Shown here piece by piece: positions 31,329 through 43,300 of a stretch of DNA of 64,000 bases (the stretch's first letter is position 1; every line of letters starts with the position of its first letter). Origin of the DNA: Eledone cirrhosa (lineage: Eukaryota). A program made the position numbers and the translations under genes. The stretch spans positions 368,528,001-368,592,000 of the forward strand of contig OZ024741.1 of NCBI GenBank assembly GCA_964016885.1, in the 5' to 3' direction. Under the pieces are notes generated by a model. That model saw only the letters and a program-made list of their open reading frames with translations, ran no database searches and had not been told where the DNA came from.

Positions 31329-34300
31329 TAGGAATTAATGCCTGTTATATGTTTATCTATTAAATTCAACAACTCACCTCAAGTGCCTGTCGTAAAAATG
31401 TCCTTTTCTCAGTTTTTGCCCAATCAATGCACTCAACACAAAGTGAGACCTAAGAAAACAAAAATGTCAATGATGTAATAGAAAGATGTGATTTCAGTGT
31501 AGTTCCCAACTAGAACCATCCTTCAAATAATATTCGAAAACATTTTTTGGATCGAAAAAAAAACCAAAAAAACATTTAACAGCCCCAATGCTACTCTCAA
31601 TATCTTCAACAGGTGGTGGAAGCAAAACATGAGTGATGAATGGGTAGCAACAGAGAAAACTGGATAGAATGGAAATGAGTGGTGTATAGCTGAGAGAGTG
31701 GAAGATAAACAATGAATTGCAAAAGATGATGGGAATAGAAGCAGTGATGAATATTATGAAGAACAAGGGAATGAGACGGTTGGATCATGTGTTGAAGAAG
31801 TTTGAAAGTGACTGGGTGAAATGAGTGATGGAAGGAAGCAGAGGAAAGAGAAGACTAAGAAAGGCATAGCTAAAGATGATAGAGGAGGAAATGAAAGTCA
31901 GGGAGTTGGTGAGGGAGATGCAGACTATAAGAAAAAAATGGAAAAGCATGTCATGTGGCCTGCGAAACTTACTCCTGCTTTAACCATAAAACACTTGTTT
32001 TAGCTTCGACAGGTGATGTAGTAGGAAGATGTGATTTCAATGTAATTCCCAGCTAAAATCATCAATTCCAACAATCCCTACTCAAATCTGGTTTGCAGAA
32101 CATCAACAGATGTAAAAATCATCACTCACTCTCACACATACACATAGTTACAGAAGAGAAGTCAGGTCTATAACCCAACACCAATTACTGTGTCCATTGT
32201 CCAGTTTACATATTTACTAATTTCAATAACAAGGATTTTCAACATTGGTACATGGCCATCAATTGTAAAGCAGGACATAGTGGATTCAAACAAACACAAA
32301 TGATTGTCCCTGGAAGAATGAAAAGTAAGGTTATCAATAGCAAAATTTGAACTCAGAACATAGAGAAATGAAACTAAACACTGTTAGGCATTTAGCTTGA
32401 TGCTTTACCAAACCATTGCACTATTTCATTTTATCATAATAATTTCTAATTTGGGCACAAGGTCAGCAATTTGTAGCAAAGGGAAAGTCAATTATATCAA
32501 CCCCAGTACTTTACAGGTACTTTATTTTATTGGCTCTGGAAGGATGAAAGGTAAAGCTGACCTTGGCAGGTACAAGACCAGATATTTTGAGGGAGGATTA
32601 GTCAATTGAATTGACCTCAGTACTTAACTGGTACGATATTTTGCTGACTCTCGGAAGAATGAAAAGTGAAGTGGACTTCTGTGGAATTTGAGCTCAGAAG
32701 ATAAAGAGCCAGAATAAAATACTGTAGGATTTGAACCTAGAATGTAAACTAACCTAGTTAAATACTATAAGATATTGTACTATTTCTATCAAACTTATAA
32801 ACCAAACAAGTAAAGTGTAAAACATAGCCAGGTGAAATTTGGAGACAGTGAAAGTAAAATTCAATCTAACTATTTGATTAAACTAAAACTAAACATCTGC
32901 AACTACTTTCTCTTATTTGCTAGCATATAAATATACAAATGTAAATTCGAAATTAACAGTTTAAAAAAAAAGTATAAATACTGAGAAAATGTATATTACC
33001 TCTTTTCCAGTTCCAGCTTCAAGATCCAGAAAATGATCAACTAAATTCCGTACCAGTTTAGCTGCTTTGGCTTTGCTAACAAATCCAAGAAATGGTCGAG
33101 TAATTTTTATCAAGGAAGCAAGCCCTACAATTTGAAGATATAAAATAAAGACGGGAAGAAATTAGTATAAAAGACATTGAAGAATATTTTTTATCCAGTC
33201 TTCTCGTTATAATGGCAGAGTTAATGTCTATTCAGGAAATTGCTGCTGCTACTATATTTTGAGTATAAAATATTGCAAAGGTGAAGAAAAACTGCTGTTG
33301 TTGTAGCTATTACTGCTATTATGTGATTGTTGTTTAGCAGCTGATGATCAGAAGCTTTACAGCTGCGACATCCAGCCTTTTTAGAGCTAACTAGAACTAC
33401 ATTATGTAATGTGTTCTTTTTCTTTTAAGACAATAGTTTGTGATTTAAAGAGGTTTCAGCTGCTATTTCCAGCAGGTCAAGAGACAGCAGAGGTTCCTTT
33501 GTTAGTTGATACTATTATTGTATATCAAGTGTAGAAGAATGGACTACTATTAGTGTTTGTATGATATAGGAGTGTAGGAGTCATGACAAAAAGCACCCAG
33601 CTCACACTGTAAAGTGATCGTGTAGGAGACATGACAAAAAGCACCTAGTTCACACTGTAAAGTTGTTGTGTAGGTGTCATGACAAAAAGCACCCATCCCA
33701 CACTGTAAAGTCGTCGTGTAGGAGTCATGGCAAAAACCATCCAATACCCACTAAATGTGGTTGGCATTAGGAAGGGCATCCAGCTGTAGAAATCTGTAGA
33801 AACAATTCTGGATGAGCAGGATATGGTCACCTGACCCAACTTGCTTCAAATGGAACAACCTGTCTAACCCATGCTAGCGTGGAAGGTGGATGTTAAACGT
33901 CGATGATGATGTATATGTATGAAAATACTACTGCTACAGATGCTTATATATCAAGTAGGGTTTGCATCATCATTAATATTCTTATCATCATAACATGTAT
34001 ATTTCCCATGGTAGCATAGAGCATATGATTAAAGGTACCTGTTACAATCCTTCATCATGCAGAGAAGTACAATCTTCTCAGATATAATCTCACTATTTTT
34101 CTGTCTCTAAGTTTCTAAGTTAACTTTAGTCATGAATATTCTGCACTAACAACACAGGCTAGCATGAGTTGAAAGTGGAAGATAGATCTGGCCGCAATAG
34201 TCCAAAGATAATATTGACAACAACTTGATACTGCTGCAAATCCTCTGTAACTTACCAGTTGAATCTTAATCATTATATGTTACTAGCAGAAAAACTACCC

Positions 34301-37300
34301 AGTTGGTTTCTGCTAGCATGTGTAGTGTGCATATTGATATTATACGCATGTAGATGTGATATGTCAAATAAAATCGTAATTGAGAATATGGACAGAAATT
34401 GAAAAGAGACTGTGTTACAGTCTTCTGTAATCAGTAAAGTAATCCACGATACATTAAAAAAAGATATATATAAACTGCATTATGGTGAAATGTAATGAAA
34501 AAGGAGAAAATTAGCGACGGAAATATAAACGTTATGATATAACGATGCAAATATATGAACGTTTAAATATGCGATATGATATAGCGTATGTTATATCATA
34601 ATTGGAAGTATTAACATTTGAAAATTTTAAAAGAAGTGAATCTTAAAATAAGCAATCATTATATATAAGAATATTTATGTTTAACCCTTTAGCATTCACA
34701 TTACTCTATATATACTATTATATTTTCATGGTAAATGCTTTATCTCACATATCGAATCTATGAGATTTTGAAAGTATTTATTTTGAGAACAATACCTTAA
34801 CATCAGTTTGAGTGACCAGTTACAGCCAGTTTCAACAGAAAAAGGTAGAGAATTCTGGCCGGTTTGAACATTAAAGGGTTAATCAACAGCTACGAAATTT
34901 AGTACATAAATTGTGTAATATTCATTCATTATCTATTCAAAGTAATTCAACTTATTTTACTAACGGGTTAAAAAAATATATTCAGGACACATTCCCACAC
35001 TCCTCCCTTTATTATATCATGATTTGCAGACATATTTAATTAAATTACCCAAATGGTTAACATGTGACAAGTTGTTATAGCTCCAAATGCTTTACAGTAC
35101 AACTTGCTCATCTTGTCAGCAACAAGTATTTTTAAGACCATCATCCCTGCTAAAGTAGTGGGTAGTCTTGCAAACCACATGACAACTTTCTGCATTTTTC
35201 ACTATTATCTGCATCCTCCCTCTGATTTTCATTTTCCCCTCCATCATCTTTAGCCATGTCTTTCTTGATCTTCCTTCCACATTCATACTCCCTCAACACA
35301 TGTCCCAACCATCCCATCTCATTTCTTTTCACAACATTCATCACTGATTCTATTACCATCACCCTCTGCAATTCATTGTTTGTCTACCTTTCTCCTAGCA
35401 ATACTCCACTCACCCCTTGAGCTATTTCCATCTTGTCAAGAGTGATAAACTAAGTACTAGCAACATACTAAACTCAGTTCAATTGAATATAGCTCCATAG
35501 ACATGTACGCGCCAAAAACAAAATCATCATCACTCCAGTTAAAATTTGTTTTTCTAGGATCTACTGGATTAGTTGGATTTAACCAGTGATGACCAATGTA
35601 TACTGAATAAACATTGCTTTACTATCCTGTGTCTAATATTTTCATAACAATATTTGACTAATTCATCTTCTCTGCTGAACACTTGCACCCAACCATAAGC
35701 CCCAAGCAGTATATAAACGCTCTCCTTTTAGGCCACCACCATGACTCTCACCACTCCTCAAGCAATGAAATGCTGGTACCCCAGCCTCAACCACCCCCAT
35801 CATGACCATGTACTCTGAGCTGTAATTAAATAGTGCTGGTGCCAGTACAATAAGTTCCCAGTCCTCCCTGTAAGGTGGTAGTGCCGGAGTCACCATAAAA
35901 TGCTCCCAGTACACTGTAAAGTGGTTGGCCTAAGGGCATCCAGCTGCAGACACCATGCTCACAGTACACAATGTAAAGTGACTGGCATTACAATGGGGAT
36001 CCAACCATAGAAATCATGCTCCAAGTTATTGGTGTTATAAAGCATATCCAGCCGTAGAAACCATGCTCCCAGTACACACTTCTTCTTGTCTGATATATAC
36101 ACAATCGTTAGAGAGACAGATCGAGATTGGTGAGCCATACTAAGGCATCATTTGTAGTATTATGGATTGCCTCCAGGTTGCCGGGAAAATGTCTGAGGGG
36201 GCAATCCCAAACAACATGCAGCACTGTCTAGTCACAAAACAAGAATATACCTTTTGGCAATACTCCCATGATTTCTCAAAGACCTGCCACAGTGTGAATA
36301 TTTGGTCCTCTGTGCTGTGTCTGGGGTGAAAGCCACACTGTTCATCAGCTAGCTTGGTTTCGCTAGTCACCCAGTTACGAGGGAGGCTTAACAAAGTGAT
36401 CTCCCCATAATTTAAACAATCTCCCTTGTCTCCCTTTTTGAAAATTGGGACTATTACTTCCGATTGTCATTGCCTAGGTGCCTTTCCTGAGATCCAGGCC
36501 ACCCGGCACACAAGAGTCAACCAGAGAATACCTTCTCTATTTAAGGCTTTTAACATCTCGGGCCGGATTTCATCTTCCCCAGCAACCTTGCCACATTTAA
36601 GCTCTTTAATTGCTCTTGTGACCCCAGCCTCTGAGATTAGTCACCGCTCCCAGATGCACCTTGTGTACATCAGAAGATGCTGTTGTGATCGGGTTTAGGA
36701 GATTAGCAAAGTGTTCTCTCCACCTCATGAGGATGCACCTCTCTGAAGTGAGGAGAACTCCAGATGCGTTTCTGATAGCAGGTGTGGAGGAGGGCTTTGT
36801 ATTACGAAGTCAGTGGATGGTCTGCCAGAACGCTTTATTTGCTGATCTGAAGTTGGATTCCAGCTTAACCCCAAATTCTTCTCATGTCTTAACTTTGGAT
36901 GCCTTTATTGTCTCTGTTGCAAGGACTTATTTTCAAGCTAAGCTTTGTAAGCCTTGTCCATTGCTTGGATAGCATCTTTGACTTCTTGATTGAGCCAAGA
37001 GGTCCTCCTGCCATCTAGCAGCACACCAAGCATCTTTCGACCATAGCATTTAACAGCTGAAGCAGAAACTGCTGTGCTGCACAATCTCCACTTTGTCTCA
37101 ACATCCTCAGTTTGCTCAGGGAGTTCTCTGAATTTGGATGCATAGTATCTGCATACCTGGTCCTCACTTCCTTATCCACCAATGCTTCCCACCCTGGACC
37201 TGCCAATTTTGTGGGCTTTGTTGGCTTTAGTTAGTCTCAAGTTGCAGATAACTAGATGGTGATCAGTTGACAGCTCAGCCCCTCTCTTAATACGAACATC

Positions 37301-40300
37301 CTGTCCAAAATCAATTATTGGTCTTTGTCCCTGACTCCCCGTATACTATGTATATTTATGGATGTCTCTGTGCTGGAACATGGTGTTCATTGCTAGAACA
37401 GAAGTCTAGTAAGGCCTCTTCATTCATATTTAGATTGGGGTTGCCATTCCTTCCAATCACTTCTTTCCATGTCAGGTAGCTCTAACTTAATAATAATAAA
37501 GCAGTATGTTATTTAAAGTCTATGACAATGTAAAATGGACAGTAGATTTTGGAATAAATTGAAGGCAACAAAGATGTTGGTGTGTCACCTATTATTTTAT
37601 TTCCCTGTCCTAATATTTCTAGTCATCAGATTCAGAGTTCATGTACTGTTATCGGTTCACCAACTTTTATTCCTTTGTTTATAAACTGCTGATGTTGTCT
37701 GTGGACTGACATGTATAATGTGTGTGCATGTTCCTGTCAAAAGTTGTATGTTTTTACGTCAAAATTTTTTAATGCAAATGTTGTGCAAACTACAACACCC
37801 TTTTAATAATAATAATAAAGCACTTATATGGTGTCAGAAATCCATAAAAAAAAGTGTTCACAGGTGCACTAATCATTTATACATGTTCATATACTCCTAA
37901 GAATTGGAATGGCAGTTTCCTGAAAAGGTAAGTTTTCAGATTTAATTTGAAAGCCAACACATGCATAGAGAGCTTGGAGTTGACTTAGAGAAGTCCCATG
38001 CCCAACCCCTGACCACCACAGCTTTTCATTTTAGTAATCAGTACCATGAGAAGTCCATTCCCAACTCTTTTTCACAAAGCAGTTCACCAATTTTCTGACC
38101 ATTTTTCCATGTTGGCTAGGTTGCATGGGTCTCACAGTATCTCACCACCTGTTGTCATTTGTTACCTGACACACACAGCAACAAAGAAAATCAAGTCTTT
38201 GTTTGTATACTATGTTTATTTTGAGAGGCATCAGTCACTTTACAGCATGGGTTGTAAGTCAGGATTTTGTTGTTGGCCCTCCCTCAGTTCTGATTATGAG
38301 TGTTCCAGCTAGTATGATCGATGGAACAGGCTACTTATGAATTTAATGTGCTTATAAGGTCATAAGTTCTTTTCCTGGTGGTGTGTTGTGTCTAAGCAAG
38401 ACACTTTATTTCATGTTGATTCAGTTGTCAGTTGACAAAAATGAGTTGTATCTGTATCACACTAAATCTCCCTGAGAATTACATTAAGAGTATACATGTC
38501 TATGAAATGCGCAGCCACTTGCACATGAATTCATAAGTAGCTGCGCATTTCATAGACCAGTATACTCTTAATGTAATTCTCAGGGAGATTTAGTGTGATA
38601 CAGATACAACTCATTTTTGTCAACTGACTGAACTGAATCAACATGAAATAAAATGTCTTGCTTAGACACAACACACCACAAGGAAAAGAACTTATGACCT
38701 TATAAGCATGAACTAAACACCCTAACCACTAAGCCATGCACCTTCACAATCAAGTAATAAAGTAAAGTGAAGATGACAAAGTAATGTCCTGTAATCTACT
38801 GGAATGAAGTAACACTAAATTCTTTAAAAGAGGTCTCTGACTTATTTTTAAGCCCATTAATGTATTTAAGTAGAGTATTGCAAGATAACGAATGTTTTAC
38901 TAATTAGAGTTACCCCATTTAAATGAGGATTAACTCTCATTACAAGAGACACAGCATAATGCTGGTAATCTCTATATATAAAACTGAGGATGTCTGTGTG
39001 TGTGTAAGTTTGAATCCCTAAAACTAGAGAAATACCCAACCGACTGTTTTCAAACTTTATACATGTAATACTTATGTTTCAGGGAGTGTTCTGAGCAAAA
39101 AAATGTTCAAATTTTCAATGCTCTAGGGACCGCATTAGGCGATTTAGCGATCTCTCTCTATAATTCTTAGTCTTTCTCTTTTTAGATAGATACATACATA
39201 TAACGTCGCGCCCTTATAATATCTGTCTGTATGTCTGCATTACATCACTTCCTACAATTTGCTCTGCGTCCAGAACGCGCTCTTATAATATCTGTCTGTA
39301 TGTCTGCTGCCTCCGGTTATTCTGCCACCCTTGCTCAAGACAAATCTCACACTCATTCCCCAAACAGTTGGTAAGTGCTCACAACTTCTTCCTCACGTTT
39401 TAAGCCACAGTGTTGCTTAATTACGTACCACCAGACCCTTACATCTTTGCCAGCCGTGGTTGTGGCAATACTAAGCTTAGCTAAGGCGGTTATATATTTC
39501 ACAATACCTTATCCCGTGCAACGCCGGGTACCACTGCTAGTACTCCATAAAACTTTGATGTTTTCACCACTAAACTGATCCCTTATTTACTTCACTATCA
39601 GTTAGTCTCATCTGAATATCAAACATTAACTAGGTCCTGTACCACATGAAACTACATTAGTACGACATTCCTGAAAATTAACAAAGCAGCATTAATTGTA
39701 TCACATTAAAAATTAAAATCGTTACTCTAATACTGAAATCTTTTCACAATGATCTGTCCACTAGTAAAGATATAATCATTTGAATAAATAAACCCCTTTT
39801 AAAATTTTTTTCAAGATATTAAGAGTTAAATAAAACAAATTCATACACACATACACAAATAGTAACATTAACCCTTTAGCATTTAAACCGGCCATAACTG
39901 GCTGCTCATACTGATGTTAAGGTATTGTTCTCAAAATAAATAATATCTATAACATTCGATATTATATGAGATAAAGCCTTTACCATGAAAATATAATAGT
40001 AAATATAGAGTAATGTAAATGTTAAAGGGTTACGGATAAACAATTCTTCAGTAAAAGGTAAAGACCAATTTAAGACAGAAATCCAAATATCTATAGCTTA
40101 CCTGCAGCATTCTTCTTTTCTGACAGTAAATCCCCTAACTTAGAGATAGCTCGTTCTTTATAGTCAATGTCTTCAGGGTCTGTACCAATATCTTCCTTCA
40201 CTGGGAAATAAAATAAAGCATGAGAAATTTTTAGAATTTTTCGAAAATAATAGATAGGCATTAACCCCTTCATTACCATATTTCTAATGAAAGACACTGC

Positions 40301-43300
40301 CTACGACTCATCATCATCATTGTTTAATGTTCATTTTTCCACCCTAGCATGGATTAGATGAATTAACCCGTTGTGAGACAAGCCAGATCAGATGACCGTG
40401 TCCTATTTATACAGGACTGATTTTGGTTTGGTTTCTACAGCACTTCCTAACACCAACCACATTTACAGTGTGTACTGGATGACCACATAACAGTGTGGGC
40501 CGGGTGCTTTTTGTCGTAACACCTACATGACCACTTTACAGTGTGGACTGGGCACTTTTTGTCGTGGCACCAAAATGACCACTTTACAGTGTGGACTGGA
40601 GGCTGAAGAACTTATAAGGTGAAGGGTGGGGGTGGAGTGTTAGGACGTGGGAGATGTATGAAAGGAGGAGAAGGCAGTGCATACTAGATGTATGTTTCAA
40701 CCTGTGCCCATGGGAAGGCAAGTCTTCTGTATTATGGTATAACGCCAGAGATCTCGATCCTGTCTCATTGTCTTTGAGAGGTGCAATTGTATGAGATCAG
40801 CTTTTTATAACCTTACCCAAGTCTTCCTACTCTATAGCTTCCATCAATTTTGAGCACTCTACACCTTTTTACGCATCACATGTCCATGCCACCACAATCT
40901 CCTCTCCCGCACACTGTATCTGATCCCCCAGTTCATGTATATTACTATTACAGATCCATCAAAGCATGCAAGCTTCATTTCTTTCCAGTGTACACAGGTC
41001 CTCTTCACACAGTGCCCATGTCTCGCTGCCATGCAACATTGCAGTTTGAATACATGCCTCATACAATCTGCTCTTCATTTTGAGGGAAAAACCTTTTGTA
41101 GCTACCAGCAGTAGTAGCTCCATGAACTTTTCCCATCCCATTCACACTCTGGCTACTGTACTTTCAGAACACCTACCTCCACTACTAATTTGGTCACCAG
41201 ATAACAGAAACTGCCAACTGCTCCTACGGTACCCTCTAAGAATTTTATAGAGCTTGTTTCCTGTGAGTATTTGCTGTTTACTGTTCCTGTGCAATATCCA
41301 CATGTAAAACCTATGTTCTTTGCTAGCCTACCTGAGATCCCACTACATCTCTTGTGTACCCATAGTTTACATTTTTTGTACACTGAGCAGGGCCATTTTC
41401 CAGAATGGATAAGGGTCTTATTTTCCCTACTACTTATTAGAACTTTGGTCTTTGCCAAGTTGACTTTAAGACCTTTTGATTACAGGTCAGGAATTTTTTC
41501 TCTGGTTCTGCCATAGATTCAGCTATGAGAGTTAGATCAACACCATACAGGAGTTCCCAAGGATATCCAGTTTTAAACTCTTCTGTTATAGCCTGGAGGA
41601 CGATATTAAACAATAGAGGGCTAAGGATAGAGCTCTGGTGGACCCCAACTTGCACGCTTCACTCCTCACTATAATCATTAATTTTTACCTAGATGACTGC
41701 ACCTCTGAACATGGCTTGTATTGCTCTCAAGCCATTCGTTCGTCCACACCTAGTTTCCTAAGTGCCCACCAAATTACAGAACGGGGGGGGGGGGGGGGGG
41801 AGGATCCTGTCAAAAGTTTTCTCCAGGTCAACAAATGCTAAGTAGAAGGGTTTACTTTTTGCTAAATACTTCTGCAGTTTTGAAAATAATCAAGAATTTG
41901 GTGGTATTTAATGATATAACTTTCTCATTTTTTTTTGGTTTTGTTTTATTTTTATTTAAAAATAAAAGTAGTTAACAATTCATTTGCCTATTTAAAAAAT
42001 GGAAAAGAAAAAGGAAAAAAAATAACATTAAAAAACAAAGGTAAGGGAAGGTGGGAGTGGCAGACGCTACACTCCAGTCTAGGCGGTATATCTCAGCTAC
42101 ACCCTGTGAACAAAATGGCGAAGGTATTGCCATGTTGAACAGCCAGTGACACCTGCTACATCAGCCACTCGGCCTCTGGCGGGATGCACTCCTCCCGATT
42201 TTGCAGAGGTCTCAAAAACGACCTGCATTCAAAGGAAGCGGTTGGTTGAATCTCACTATTAAGATAGTGTTTGGAAAATAACTTAAGTTTTTTTTAACAT
42301 AAAATTATGATGGAAGCTTTTTAGATAAATATAAACACTTTAAATCATAGAACCAGAGGCAGCTTGGTTCTATTGGTATCTAACTACTACTACTATAGAA
42401 TAATCCATTATCAGAGGTTGTACATATAACATTATACAGGAGATAGATGTTTCATGCTACCAACAGACAGAATGGAAAATGTGTAACTTTCGAGACAGTG
42501 AGGTATAGTCAGGTTATTAGTTGGATTTATAAGCACGATAATCAAATTATTACAAACAAGCTTGTCTTTACGTAATTTATATATAACAAGGTATGTAATC
42601 TCTTACCCAGTGGCAGGTTAAGGTGTTTTAGAGATAAAAAGTAAGTTGTACTAGTACTGCAGTTGATTCAATAGGATATAACTTCCCACTCCACACAAAA
42701 CCTATCATTTCATTCATCATCATCAACACTGTTTGCGTGCTGAGGCCTGAGTGGTCAGGTGACTAGGTCCTGCTCATACACTTTGTTTTGGCAAAGTTGC
42801 ATGCCCTTCCTAACATCAACCACTTTACAGAATGTACTGGGAGCATTTTATCGTGACTCCAACACTACCACCTTTGTGGGAGGATTGGATGCTTTTGTTA
42901 ATCCTATTACGTTACAGCATTAGGGTACTTAGTGTATAAGGTCGTGCTGGAAAGGGAGGGGTCATGGTGATGCCTGGCTTCCCTTGATCTAAAAGAGGGG
43001 GCATTTATAAAATGCTTGGGTGGGTGGTGTCCATCATTTTATGGGGTGGTACTAGGCTTTTCTGGGTCAGGGAAGATGAATCAAAGTTCCTCCTAGATTT
43101 CCATGCTAGCATGGGTTGAGTGAAAAAGTCAGGAGCATTTTGGCAGGAGAGGACCTGAACGTTGTTCCATCTCTCTGCTTCTTCGTATTTAGGGTGAAGT
43201 GGATCAGGGGAATGCAGAAGTATATTGGGGCGTGGGAGATAGAACTTGAGTGTTGTAACCTCTGTTTCTTCAAGTTTAAGGTGGAGGGAGGTAGGTAGGA

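Noticed and set aside
42100-42200. GC-rich motif GACACCTGCT.CA.CAGCCACT shared with ~19108-19130, considered as an HDV-like ribozyme
   Set aside because: Could not build the nested double pseudoknot by eye; best treated as a dispersed repeat end.
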